This document shows positions 21,637 through 31,639 of a DNA stretch of 64,000 bases, piece by piece. The notes under the pieces are model-generated. The model saw nothing but the letters and a program-made list of their open reading frames with translations, had not been told where the DNA came from and did not search any database. Each line of letters starts with the position of its first letter. Within the stretch, counting starts at the first letter, position 1. The stretch covers positions 15,554 through 79,553 of the forward strand of contig CAURUZ010000007.1 in the NCBI GenBank assembly GCA_963528355.1, given 5' to 3'. The translations under genes were made by a program, and so were the position numbers. The DNA comes from an uncultured Campylobacter sp. (lineage in GTDB: Bacteria > Campylobacterota > Campylobacteria > Campylobacterales > Campylobacteraceae).

Positions 21637-22158
21637 TTACTCTTTAGGAGCGCCTGTGTATTGGAAGGTGTATTTAACCGAGAACGGCTCCCACCATTTG
21701 CCTACGCCGGTCGCTTTGTCTGCGTGGCGACCGAATCCGTTGGCGCTTGGATTTTCGATGTTGTAGGTTAGCTCGTAGTTGCCTACTCCGTTTACCATCT
21801 TGATATTGGCGCCGTAGTGAGGGCCGTCGCTAGCTACCATCGGCATGAAATTTCCCTTTTGAATCTTGCCGGTATCTAGGTTTTTAAGCACGTAAGCGAT
21901 CTTTAGGTAAGGGATCCACTCGCCCTCGCCAAATCCGTTTGCGTTGCCTTTGATAGCGTGGATATCCGCCTCAAGGTGGATGTCCGCCTTGCTAGGAGCT
22001 AGATCGATGCCTTTAGGCTCCATATCGATAGGCTGAAGATACACAGCAGCGATCTCCATTCCATTTTGCTCAATCGGCTCGCCGATCGGATGCTCTCCTG
22101 CCATTGCTATAACAGAGGCTAGACTTAGCGCCAACATACCTGAAAAAATCTTTTTCAT
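21637..22158 (-). CDS. p19: Periplasmic iron-binding protein P19 (Tpd/FetP family)
   Basis: EIAAVYLQPIDMEP, DIHLEADIHA, GEWIPYL, MPMVASDGPHYGAN; signal peptide. Confidence 0.96.
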   Translation of the reverse strand: MKKIFSGMLALSLASVIAMAGEHPIGEPIEQNGMEIAAVYLQPIDMEPKGIDLAPSKADIHLEADIHAIKGNANGFGEGEWIPYLKIAYVLKNLDTGKIQKGNFMPMVASDGPHYGANIKMVNGVGNYELTYNIENPSANGFGRHADKATGVGKWWEPFSVKYTFQYTGAPKE

Positions 22159-22172
22159 CTTTTCTCTCCTTA

Positions 22173-24104
22173 TTAAGATTTGTTTTTTTGCTTATTTTTT
22201 AAGACTAAAATTCCTACGATTAGAAGCACGATCATCACCGCTTGCGGTACGAGGCTCTCGACGTAAGGATAAAATCCGATCCACGTAATCGTAGGAAGCC
22301 CGTCTATCACCGTAGGCACGAATACCTTGCCCTCGACTAGCTCCATCACGCCCTTACCCACAAATACGACGGACATATAAAATATGATGACCGATGTAGC
22401 AATGAAAAATGGCTTGATAGCGATTTTAAGCGAGAATTTTTTGATGACGATATAAACTATAATAAGAGCCGCCAGACCCGCTACGAAGCCTACTGCTACC
22501 ATGCTAGTAGCTGCCGGACTTTTAGCATCGAAAAGTAGTGCCAGATAAAATAGCACCGTCTCTGCGCCCTCGCGATAAACCGCTAAAAACACCGTCCACC
22601 AAAGCATCTTGCTATCGCCAGAGCTTAGGCTGTTTGAAATTTGACCTTGGATATAGGCGCTCCACTTTTTGGAGCTTGCATTTGAAAGAAGCCAAAAGCC
22701 CACGTAAAATAACAGCACCACGGCGATTAACATCACCGCGCCCTCCATCACTTCGCGCGTTTGCCCTGCATTTTCGCTACCGAAGATATAATTCAGCCCG
22801 TAAGCCGTAGCGATACTTAGCACAACTGCGACGCCAAGAGCGCTGTAAACGATATTTAGGTGCTTTGAGTTGCCGGATTTTATAAGTAGAGCGATGACTG
22901 CGGCTACGATGATGAGCGCTTCAAATCCTTCGCGCAAGATGATGATAAACGCGTATAAAAATAGATCCCAATTGCTTGATTTCTTCGTTAGCTCTAGGCT
23001 TTGGGTAAGCTGATCAAATAGCTTATTTTGCGCCGCTACGATCTGCTCTTTGGAAGCGCCCGCGCGCATAAGAGCCGAAATTTTATTAAAGCTTGCTTCG
23101 GTGTCTAGCTTGAGTTGAGTATTTTTAGCACCGACGATATTTTCCATGCCGCTCTCTTCGTATTCGTCGAAGTAGATATTGCCGCTTTCGTCGATCGCGT
23201 CATCAACCTTGCCGCTCTCGTAAAGCTGCAAAACCTTAGCCATTTTGTCTTTGATATTTTGCACAATCGGCGTAAAATCCTTGCCCTCATCCTCGCTAGT
23301 ATCGCTTTGTGCTAACGCAGTCTGTGGCGCTATGGAGTAGCTTTCTTGCGGCAAATCATTTACAGCTTTTAATGCTAGATTATCTAGGGCGTTTATCGCT
23401 TCGTCAAATTTTGATTTGTCCGTATCCGCATCTTCGCGCAATAGATTTCCGATGATCTGCTGGATTGATTGATCGGTCTGAGACGAGACATATTTTCGTA
23501 CCGCCTCTTCTAGACGTTCGTTGCGGTAGATATCAAATTTAGCGCGATTTAGCGCAGCTTTTAGCGCAGCAGTGTCTTTTTTATCAAACGCAGCTTTAGC
23601 GTTATCCAGCTCAGTTTTAAATTCCGTATAGACGCTCATCCAAGGCGAAGTTGTACCGGATGCTGCGGAATTTCCGCCTGAGGTTGGCGCAGAAGTGCTG
23701 CCGTCGCCTCCGTCTTGATACTCGGCTACGAGACGATGACCAGATTCAATCACAGGCAGAACCTCGTCAATCTCGCGATTTAGATTATCGATCATTGCTT
23801 GGATCTCATTTAGAGGCTTTTCTGCTTTGATCGCTTTACGAATATCGCCGAATTGCTTCTCCATATCGTAGGATTTTTTCTGACTTAAATTTATGCGAAT
23901 GCCGGCTTCTAGATTTTCGAAATGCCCAAAATACGCCTCTTGAGTTATCTTTCTAGCCTCAGAATTATTACCATCGACATAAAGCTTGATCGCTTGAGCA
24001 AATTTCTCTTTTATCGTCGCTGCTTCGGCGCGATAATCCGTATCCGCAAAAAGCATAGCAAGCGGAAAAATTAGAGCTAAAACCGCAAATTTAAAAAATT
24101 TCAT
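22173..24104 (-). CDS. FTR1-family high-affinity iron permease
   Basis: Two RExxE motifs (LREGFEA, YREGAET) and a large periplasmic N-terminal domain; upstream of p19. Confidence 0.95.
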   Translation of the reverse strand: MKFFKFAVLALIFPLAMLFADTDYRAEAATIKEKFAQAIKLYVDGNNSEARKITQEAYFGHFENLEAGIRINLSQKKSYDMEKQFGDIRKAIKAEKPLNEIQAMIDNLNREIDEVLPVIESGHRLVAEYQDGGDGSTSAPTSGGNSAASGTTSPWMSVYTEFKTELDNAKAAFDKKDTAALKAALNRAKFDIYRNERLEEAVRKYVSSQTDQSIQQIIGNLLREDADTDKSKFDEAINALDNLALKAVNDLPQESYSIAPQTALAQSDTSEDEGKDFTPIVQNIKDKMAKVLQLYESGKVDDAIDESGNIYFDEYEESGMENIVGAKNTQLKLDTEASFNKISALMRAGASKEQIVAAQNKLFDQLTQSLELTKKSSNWDLFLYAFIIILREGFEALIIVAAVIALLIKSGNSKHLNIVYSALGVAVVLSIATAYGLNYIFGSENAGQTREVMEGAVMLIAVVLLFYVGFWLLSNASSKKWSAYIQGQISNSLSSGDSKMLWWTVFLAVYREGAETVLFYLALLFDAKSPAATSMVAVGFVAGLAALIIVYIVIKKFSLKIAIKPFFIATSVIIFYMSVVFVGKGVMELVEGKVFVPTVIDGLPTITWIGFYPYVESLVPQAVMIVLLIVGILVLKNKQKNKS

Positions 24105-24155
24105 CTGAACCTTCTTAAGTTAAATTCATACATTAAATTTCAAAATCGAGTGGCA

Positions 24156-24203
24156 ATTATATGTAGAAAAATCTTAAAAAGTAATAAAAAAAGCGGTTAT
24201 CAT
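24156..24203 (-). promoter_or_regulatory. Promoter of the iron operon (TATAAT -10, TTTAAG upstream) with a possible Fur half-site
   Basis: Minus strand: TGATAAcc.....TTTAAG...TATAAT (24156-24161). The Fur match is only partial. Confidence 0.45.
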
Positions 24204-24292
24204 AAAGCACGAAAGCGGCTAAATTCTCAATTGCAAGAGCTTTTTGATAGATAGAATTTAATAGAATTTAGGATATGGCGGAATTTTAAACG

Positions 24293-24316
24293 GCAGTCGG
24301 ATTTTACTCCGACTGC
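24293..24316 (-). terminator. Probable intrinsic terminator of petABC
   Basis: 9-bp stem GCAGTCGGA / TCCGACTGC, 7 nt past the petC stop. Confidence 0.65.
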
Positions 24317-24323
24317 TAAAATT

Positions 24324-25427
24324 TTAGTGAAGTTTCGACCAAATTTTGCTTTTCCAAAGACCCGCAAAAACAGAAAGGATCAAGAAATATATCATAATAT
24401 TTATGGTCGTAGCTTCACGCTCAGCTTTTTTGCTGTCGCCTACGTCAGCCAGATACTCCACGACCTTGGCTTCAGCGTTTTCGTTCAAGCCTACGCGCGG
24501 CATCGAAGTGCCTGGAAGCTTCTTTTGCGTATCATTGATAAACTCGTGTAGATAGTTGGCGCCCTTAGAACGGATCATCATCGAAAGATCAGGAGGCGTC
24601 GAGCCCATATACGCAGCCAAGCTAGCCTTATCGCTGGATGCAAAGAGCTTATCATATTTGACGTCGTGGCATCTTAGACAAGCATCCTCAAAAACCGCCT
24701 TACTTAAAAGGAATTTTTTCTGCGCTTCGTCTAGTTCGGTGCCTTGTTTGATGCCGCTAGCAGCAGCCTCAGAGGCGATTAGTTTATCCTCGCTAGGAGC
24801 TAGCGACTTTAGATAGGCTACGATATCGGCGATCTCTTGATTTAGATCACCGCCCGCACCGAAAAACCCGGGCATCGGAAAAGGCTTTTCGTCACCAAAT
24901 TTCTGATCTAGCTTAAGAGCCATGATCGGATCTTTGATGAGCGCAGCTAAGAATTTATCGGTGTATAGATAGCCTGCGCTGCTAAGATCCGGAGGATTGA
25001 CGCCGTATGCGGCACTAGCGCTTGCTGCGTCCATAGGAGCGGGGATATTTGCACTTTTTACTCCATGACATGCGGTGCAGCCTGCATTTGTAAAGGTTTC
25101 AGCGCCGCGCACGGCATCGCCTTTGCTAAGATCGATTTTATTTATCTCGTCCCAAAAAAGCACCGTTTTGTCTTGTTGCTCTTTCGCACTAGCAAGGGCT
25201 TTTTTAGAATTTTTTATCATCGTCTCATCTCCGCCCTTTTCTGCTGCGGCCAAAGCGCTTTCTGCTGCGGCTACGTTATGCGCGGCTAAAGCCGTATCAC
25301 CTGCTGCAAAATCGTAATTTACCGGATCGGTGTGCGGACTGAGCTTAGTATGAGCATAAGGCTCGATAAACCAGTATAAAATTCCTACGCAAAAAAGCAC
25401 TAAGATCAGGGTTCTTATCTCTTTCAT
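24324..25427 (-). CDS. petC: Cytochrome bc complex, di-heme cytochrome c subunit
   Basis: Two CxxCH motifs (CTACH, CLRCH), PPDLS twice, PGTSMPR, C-terminal anchor. Confidence 0.93.
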   Translation of the reverse strand: MKEIRTLILVLFCVGILYWFIEPYAHTKLSPHTDPVNYDFAAGDTALAAHNVAAAESALAAAEKGGDETMIKNSKKALASAKEQQDKTVLFWDEINKIDLSKGDAVRGAETFTNAGCTACHGVKSANIPAPMDAASASAAYGVNPPDLSSAGYLYTDKFLAALIKDPIMALKLDQKFGDEKPFPMPGFFGAGGDLNQEIADIVAYLKSLAPSEDKLIASEAAASGIKQGTELDEAQKKFLLSKAVFEDACLRCHDVKYDKLFASSDKASLAAYMGSTPPDLSMMIRSKGANYLHEFINDTQKKLPGTSMPRVGLNENAEAKVVEYLADVGDSKKAEREATTINIMIYFLILSVFAGLWKSKIWSKLH

Positions 25428-25429
25428 GG

Positions 25430-26689
25430 CTAGCCTCTCTTTCTTTCCGCGATCGTAATCAATGGAAGCGCTACGACGAGCAGACCGATATAGATGATCG
25501 ATAAGCCAAAGCCCCAGTATTTATTTTCGATACCGAGCTCCGCGCCGTCTGCGGGAAGCTTACCGAAGAGGCTAAGCAGGATCATGTCGATTACTAAAAT
25601 CCAAAACCAAATGAAAAACGCCTTGTTTTTGTGCGCGGGCGCTACTACGCTACTGCGATCAAATAGTGGTATAAAAAATAGCGAAACTCCGGCGAATGCA
25701 AATGCGATAAGCCCGATGTCGGCGGCCTTAAGCGGTCCTACATCAAAGTAAAATCCGCGCAGAATTTCATACTCCCAGAGGAAGTACCATTCCGGATAGA
25801 TATGCGTCGGGGTTTTGAGGCTGTTTGCCGGCTCGAAATTTATCGGATCCATCGCAAAATCGAAATGAAAGCCCACCAGATAAAAGAAAAATATCATAAA
25901 GATACTGACGTAGAAAAAATCCTTCGCCAAAAAGCCAGGCCAAAACGGAATTACCTTGCTTTCGCTAGTTTTGCCCTGCAGATACTTCTCACCCTCGAGC
26001 TCAAAGTCAATCTCCTCGCCGTCTAGGTTATTCACATGCGGAAATCTAAGCGAATAAAAATGCACCGCCAGCACCGCAACCACCACGAGAGGCAGTAAAC
26101 AGACGTGAAGCATAAAAAATCGCGTCAGCGTTGGATCACTAACAGCATAATCGCCGCGAATCCATTCGACTATTGCATCGCCAACTACGGGAATTCCACC
26201 GAATAAATTCGTAATAACCATCGCCGCCCAGTAGCTCATCTGCCCCCATGGAAGCATATAGCCACTGAAAGCCTCCGCCGAAAAGATGATGAAAAGCAGC
26301 ATTCCGCTTACCCAAATCATCTCTCGTCCTTGCTTATACGAGCGGTAATAAATAGCTACTAAAGTATGAATGTATAAGATCAAAAATACGACCGATGCCG
26401 ATACTGCGTGGATATGTCGCCATAGCCAGCCGTATTCGACCTCTTTCATAATCGTGAAATTTACGCTATCGAACGCGAGATTTACATCCGGTTTGTAATA
26501 CATCACGAGCATCAGTCCGCTTACGAACAAAACTATAAATAGCGTCATCAAAATAACGCCCATCGCCCAAAGGAAGCTGATATTTTTAGGAATCCAATAC
26601 TCGCTTACCATAACCTTGAAAAATTTCGTTACGGCGAGCCTTTGGTCGAACCAATCCCAAACTCCCGTAGCTTTTCTTATATGTGCCAT
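25430..26689 (-). CDS. petB: Cytochrome b of the bc complex
   Basis: GWLWRHIH, GYMLPWGQMSYWA, TLTRFFMLH, PEWY. Confidence 0.97.
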   Translation of the reverse strand: MAHIRKATGVWDWFDQRLAVTKFFKVMVSEYWIPKNISFLWAMGVILMTLFIVLFVSGLMLVMYYKPDVNLAFDSVNFTIMKEVEYGWLWRHIHAVSASVVFLILYIHTLVAIYYRSYKQGREMIWVSGMLLFIIFSAEAFSGYMLPWGQMSYWAAMVITNLFGGIPVVGDAIVEWIRGDYAVSDPTLTRFFMLHVCLLPLVVVAVLAVHFYSLRFPHVNNLDGEEIDFELEGEKYLQGKTSESKVIPFWPGFLAKDFFYVSIFMIFFFYLVGFHFDFAMDPINFEPANSLKTPTHIYPEWYFLWEYEILRGFYFDVGPLKAADIGLIAFAFAGVSLFFIPLFDRSSVVAPAHKNKAFFIWFWILVIDMILLSLFGKLPADGAELGIENKYWGFGLSIIYIGLLVVALPLITIAERKRG

Positions 26690-26698
26690 CTGCGCCTC

Positions 26699-27205
26699 CT
26701 ATGCTTTCTGCTTTAGGGCTTGGTATTCGGGGCCCTCTTCGCCTAAAACGAGTTTCGTTCCGTCGATTTTAAAGGGCGGTATATCCATAGGACGCGGCGG
26801 CGGACCGAACACGTTTACGCCGTTAGCATCAAAAATTCCGCCGTGACATGCACAGATGAATTGTTGCGTCGATGGCTTGTAGCTGGGAATACAGCCCAAA
26901 TGCGTACAAAGCCCGATGCAAAGCGTATATCTAGCATCCCCTACGACGACGTCACGGGTATCGTTTTTAGGCATATCGGCAGTCTTTTTAAGCACGAAAA
27001 TCGGCTTTTTACGCCACTGCGTTTGATAAAGCTCGCCCTCTTTGATCGGACTTAAATCTACCGTAGTGACGCCGGCAGCGCGCACGCTAGGTAACGGATC
27101 CCACGATTTCTTCATCCCCACGAGTGCGAAAACGCCACCCACAGCGGCAACCGCGCCGAAAGTAAGCCCGATAAAGCCTCGTCTATCCTGTTTTAGATCA
27201 GACAT
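26699..27205 (-). CDS. petA: Rieske iron-sulfur subunit
   Basis: Tat signal DRRGFI; CTHLGC and CACHG boxes; GPPPRP. Confidence 0.97.
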   Translation of the reverse strand: MSDLKQDRRGFIGLTFGAVAAVGGVFALVGMKKSWDPLPSVRAAGVTTVDLSPIKEGELYQTQWRKKPIFVLKKTADMPKNDTRDVVVGDARYTLCIGLCTHLGCIPSYKPSTQQFICACHGGIFDANGVNVFGPPPRPMDIPPFKIDGTKLVLGEEGPEYQALKQKA

Positions 27206-27938
27206 CTTTATCCTTTCAAATTAAGAAATTGACAAGCGTCAATTTTAGCCAAATAAAGATTAAATCAATATGATTATAAGCAGAAATTTAGCTTAACCTT
27301 GCAAGCTAAATTATATTTTAAGATAATTTTAATGCCTGGTGAGGCGTTTTCGTGGCTTAAAATTTTATAAATTTTCAAATTCTGTCATGTTTTATCATGG
27401 CGCGAAATTTAAAATTTTATCATGCGAAATTCGCTATGGCAAGGACATGCAAAATTTTAAAATTTCGACGCCATAAATAAAATTTCATAAAGCGCGAGAT
27501 TTTAAATTTAAAGATGAGCATAGAATTTATAAAATTAAATTTTAAAATTTCACTGCTCGGCTATGGCAGCGGCGGGGCGAATTTTGCACTAGCGCGCTAG
27601 CTGAAATTTTAAAATTCTAAATTACGTCGCGCTTCCGTCGCATGCAAAAATTCCGCTAGAAGCAAAATTTAAAACATTAAAAACCCCATAGCGGTGCAAA
27701 TTCTAAATCATTAGAATTTTACGATGTCTTAAAATTTCAAGCATCAAAGAATTCTGTCGCGATGCAAAATTTTAAAATTTAGCGCAATCGCGAGCCGTAA
27801 AATTCTATAAAATTCTGCGGGATCCCAAAGCCTAGCCGAAATTTAAAGATAAATTTCATAAATCCCTAAAGCCTCGGCAAACTGCGAAATCCGGGCGAAA
27901 TTTCAAAATTATTATTCTGAAATTTGGGCCCCATCTAT

Positions 27939-30900
27939 CTAAAGCCTAGCCGATTTGCCCGAGCGAAAATACGCTCCGATCGCAAGAGCTATCATCGAAG
28001 CGACCATCACGTACGCCCAGCCAGGCACCGGAATGCGCTCGCCGCTAGCGTATGAGTGCATGCCGCTTAGGTAGAAATTTACACCAAAATAGGTCATTAT
28101 GACGCTAAAATACGCAAACATCGAGGCTACGGCAAAGGCGAATTGATTATTGAGCTTAGGCATAAATCTAAAATGCACGACCACCGCATAGATGAAAATC
28201 GTAATGAGCGCCCAGGTCTCCTTCGGATCCCAGCCCCAGTAGCGCCCCCAGCTTTCGTTAGCCCACACGCCGCCTAGGAAGTTGCCGACCGTCAGCAAGC
28301 AAAGCCCTAGGATCATCGACATTTCGTTGATATGCGTGGCTTCTGCGATATTGCGCGCGATCTCGGGGTTTTTCTTATCGAATAAAAACATCACAAGGGT
28401 AAAAATTCCAAGTAGCATGCAAAGGCCTAAAAATCCGTAGCTCGCGGTAATTACCGAGACATGGATCGTAAGCCAGTGCGATTTTAGAACCGGCTGGAGA
28501 TTGGTGATCTGCGGATCGATGTCACTAAGATGCGCCACCATCAGCGTTATGCCCGCCATTATCGACGTTAGCGCCAGCGAAATAGCGGATTTGCGCGAGA
28601 AAAATATTCCGCTTAGCGACAGCGCCCACGCGATGTAGATGAGCGATTCGTAGGAGTTACTCCACGGCGCGTGCCCCGAGACGTAGCCGCGCAGCGCAAG
28701 ACCCGCGGTATGCGCGATAAAAGCGACGATATTTACGACGTAAACTAGCTTAAACGCGCCGCCTAAGCGAAGAGTGGGCTTCATCATCCGCAAAAAGATA
28801 AAGATCAGAAGCAAAAATCCCGATATAGTGTAGATCGGAAAGAGGCGAGAAAAAATCTTAGCCTTATTAAATAGAATTTCATATTTTATTGCGCTTTCGC
28901 TAGGCATTAAATTTGCTCCGTTTTGCGCTTGGTATTTTTTGACGTAGCTTAGCATCTTTTCCGCGCCACTCCAATCCCCGCTTTCTTGGGCATAGACCAC
29001 GGACGAAACGAATATTCCCATCATCTTTTTAACTTCAGCAGATTCGTTTTGATCCAGCGCATCGCCTAGATATAGCGGCGAAAGCCACTCGTTATTTTTA
29101 GCGTTCTTAACCGGAATAATTCTAAAATAATCCCCCATAAACGCCGAGTAAAAGACGTTTACGCGCTCGTTTACCTTGATGATCTCTTTATCTAGCACAC
29201 CGCGATTGCCCAAAGGCTTGCGATTGATCTCCTCGACCATTTTATCGAGCTTGTAGTAGCTCTCGCCGCCTTTAAATTCAAAAAAATCCATCATGCTGGC
29301 GTGGCTTTGCTTCTCATCCATACCTAGAATTTTTTTAAGCTCCGGCTCACTAACCTTGATGATCGGCGCACGCCTCCAGTAGCTTTGATTTAGCATAAAC
29401 GAAAGCGCAGCGGCGTTATGGTTTAAAATTTCGCCATTTGGCGCCTTGTAGTTGTCGGCACGGTAAATTTTATTTAAAAGCTCCCTAGAAACTGTATCAA
29501 AAGGCTCCATGCGTCCATCAAATCCCTGAATTACGAGGCTTGCTAGATCTTCGCTAAATTTAGGATCGAATTTCGGCACGGCTAGTTCGCCTCCCATAGT
29601 AGAAAAATTATGCGGCGGGATGGAGTCTTGCTCGGCTGCAGATTCTTGCGAAGCGGAGCTATGCTTGGAATTTTCAGCGGCGGAATTCTGCGCGGAATTT
29701 TGCGAAGCGGGATCTTGCACGCTAGCCGAGCTTTGCGGCGCTGAATTTTGCGAAATAGAATTTTGAGTCGTGGAGTTTTGTTCGGCGTTTGCTGTGCTAG
29801 GATACAATGCAGCCAAGCTCAAAGCCAATGCGCCTACTAATGCCAATGCCGCGCCTTTAGTGCCGCGTCGCGTTTTTTTGGCGCGTTTTGATGCAGAGCT
29901 TTCTGCAGAGCTTACGGGCACCGAGCTAGACACGGAATTTTTAGAATTTACATCTTTTTCTCGAGCAAGATGCGTATTTTCGCTGATTAAGCGCGAGAGC
30001 TTGAAAAAGCGCGAGCCCCGGTTGAAAAAGTTAAAAAACATCCCTACGCAAAGCAAAAAATAACCGATGTAAGTTGGAACTTTACCGGGGTCTTTATTGA
30101 CCGAAAGCACGGTGCCACGCTCATCCGTGTCGTATGAGCTTTGGAAAAATCGGTATCCGCCGTAATCGAGCACATGATTCATAAAAATATCATAATCAAA
30201 GCTCGTATTGCCGTCTTTTAGCGTGATTTCGCTTTTATATCCGGAGGGCGAATTGGTGCCTGGATAGCGATCCATCACAAAGTCGCGAAGCGCGATTTTA
30301 AAAGGCAGATGAAGCATCTTTGGCGCCAAGGCTACGATGAAATTCTTATCACCCACCTTGTAGCTAGCACCATGCGAATCCCTAGGCACGTAGATTTCGC
30401 GACTCTGCCCCGCAAAGCTTAGCGTAGCTACTACGCCGGGCTCACCCGGTAAATTCGCATCGACCGGGACGAATTTCTCGACCGCGGAGCTAAGTAGGCT
30501 AACGGGAGCGAAATTTATTCCGTCGAAGCTGTAAAGCGAGAGATTGCCTAGCGGATTATCCTCGTTTCTCTTAAGCGGTGCAGTGCTCATATCAGCCATT
30601 TTAGTGGCGTTTATATCAAGACTTGAGTTTAGATAGAATTTGCCGTCTTTGGATTTTATGTAGATGAAATTCTTACTCTTAGGCTCAGCGTTAAAAGTGA
30701 TACTAAGCTCGCCTATATCCATGCTTTCGCCTGATTGCAAGGAGACATTTTGGCTGCCGACATTGTTTGAAAATAATAGCTCCACGCGCGCAGGAGCCTG
30801 TCCGGTCGGATCTTGCACCCATTTTAGCTCGCCGTGTTCTACGAGCTCTTTAAATTTTAAATTTGCGATCCTGCCCTCTACGTCTAGATTGAGATCGAAG

Positions 30901-31334
30901 TTCATCCGTCCTGCGCCGTTTAAAAATTTGCTCTCGTCAGCAGATATAAACTCGCCGTCACTGCCTAAAGTAAGAAGCTGAACGACCTCGTCTTTAGTCG
31001 TTACGATCGAGCTCTCGCTGCCCTCTCTTATATGGATATTGCCCTCAAAGCCGAAATATCTCGTCAAAATCGCTCCAGCAAGCATAAACAAAAAGCTTGC
31101 GTGAAAGATTAGCGCAGGCAGCGTGCGAAGTTTAATCATGCGGTAGCGATAGATATTGTAGGTTAAATTTATTCCCAAAAGCACCATCAGCGCGCCAAAC
31201 CATGCAGTAGAATAAACCATCGCCCAAGCTACTTCCGTACCGTAAGCGGTCTCTACAAAAGTAGCGATTGCACAGGCTAGCGCCAAAATCAGTAGCATCA
31301 CTGACGCGCACTCCATACTAAAAAATGTCTTCAT
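27939..31334 (-). CDS. ccsA: System II cytochrome c synthase, fused CcsBA
   Basis: ResB-like N-half (IFHASF, GYRFFQSSY) and WWD domain WANESWGRYWGWDPKETWA; HAPWSN, SGMHSYA. Confidence 0.93.
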   Translation of the reverse strand: MKTFFSMECASVMLLILALACAIATFVETAYGTEVAWAMVYSTAWFGALMVLLGINLTYNIYRYRMIKLRTLPALIFHASFLFMLAGAILTRYFGFEGNIHIREGSESSIVTTKDEVVQLLTLGSDGEFISADESKFLNGAGRMNFDLNLDVEGRIANLKFKELVEHGELKWVQDPTGQAPARVELLFSNNVGSQNVSLQSGESMDIGELSITFNAEPKSKNFIYIKSKDGKFYLNSSLDINATKMADMSTAPLKRNEDNPLGNLSLYSFDGINFAPVSLLSSAVEKFVPVDANLPGEPGVVATLSFAGQSREIYVPRDSHGASYKVGDKNFIVALAPKMLHLPFKIALRDFVMDRYPGTNSPSGYKSEITLKDGNTSFDYDIFMNHVLDYGGYRFFQSSYDTDERGTVLSVNKDPGKVPTYIGYFLLCVGMFFNFFNRGSRFFKLSRLISENTHLAREKDVNSKNSVSSSVPVSSAESSASKRAKKTRRGTKGAALALVGALALSLAALYPSTANAEQNSTTQNSISQNSAPQSSASVQDPASQNSAQNSAAENSKHSSASQESAAEQDSIPPHNFSTMGGELAVPKFDPKFSEDLASLVIQGFDGRMEPFDTVSRELLNKIYRADNYKAPNGEILNHNAAALSFMLNQSYWRRAPIIKVSEPELKKILGMDEKQSHASMMDFFEFKGGESYYKLDKMVEEINRKPLGNRGVLDKEIIKVNERVNVFYSAFMGDYFRIIPVKNAKNNEWLSPLYLGDALDQNESAEVKKMMGIFVSSVVYAQESGDWSGAEKMLSYVKKYQAQNGANLMPSESAIKYEILFNKAKIFSRLFPIYTISGFLLLIFIFLRMMKPTLRLGGAFKLVYVVNIVAFIAHTAGLALRGYVSGHAPWSNSYESLIYIAWALSLSGIFFSRKSAISLALTSIMAGITLMVAHLSDIDPQITNLQPVLKSHWLTIHVSVITASYGFLGLCMLLGIFTLVMFLFDKKNPEIARNIAEATHINEMSMILGLCLLTVGNFLGGVWANESWGRYWGWDPKETWALITIFIYAVVVHFRFMPKLNNQFAFAVASMFAYFSVIMTYFGVNFYLSGMHSYASGERIPVPGWAYVMVASMIALAIGAYFRSGKSARL

Positions 31335-31639
31335 TGATTTCCTTTAGATTTACGAGGGTTTTCAAAATCGCGAGATTTTAGCAAAAATTGCTTAATTTTT
31401 CATTTTACGACCTGCAAGCGCACGCCTACTAGCGTAGCTCAAATATGCGTTAAGATGCTTTGATAAAGCGGTAAAATTCTCATCTTGGGCATTCGCGCAG
31501 GAATTTAACGGCGCGGATAAATTTTGTAAAATGCTGCGGAATTTGGCAAAATTCTATTAAATTTCGTGCGCCATCTCATCGCGTAATTTATAATTTAGAA
31601 TTCCGCTGCGATAAAATTCTATCTTTGCGGAATTCCTTC

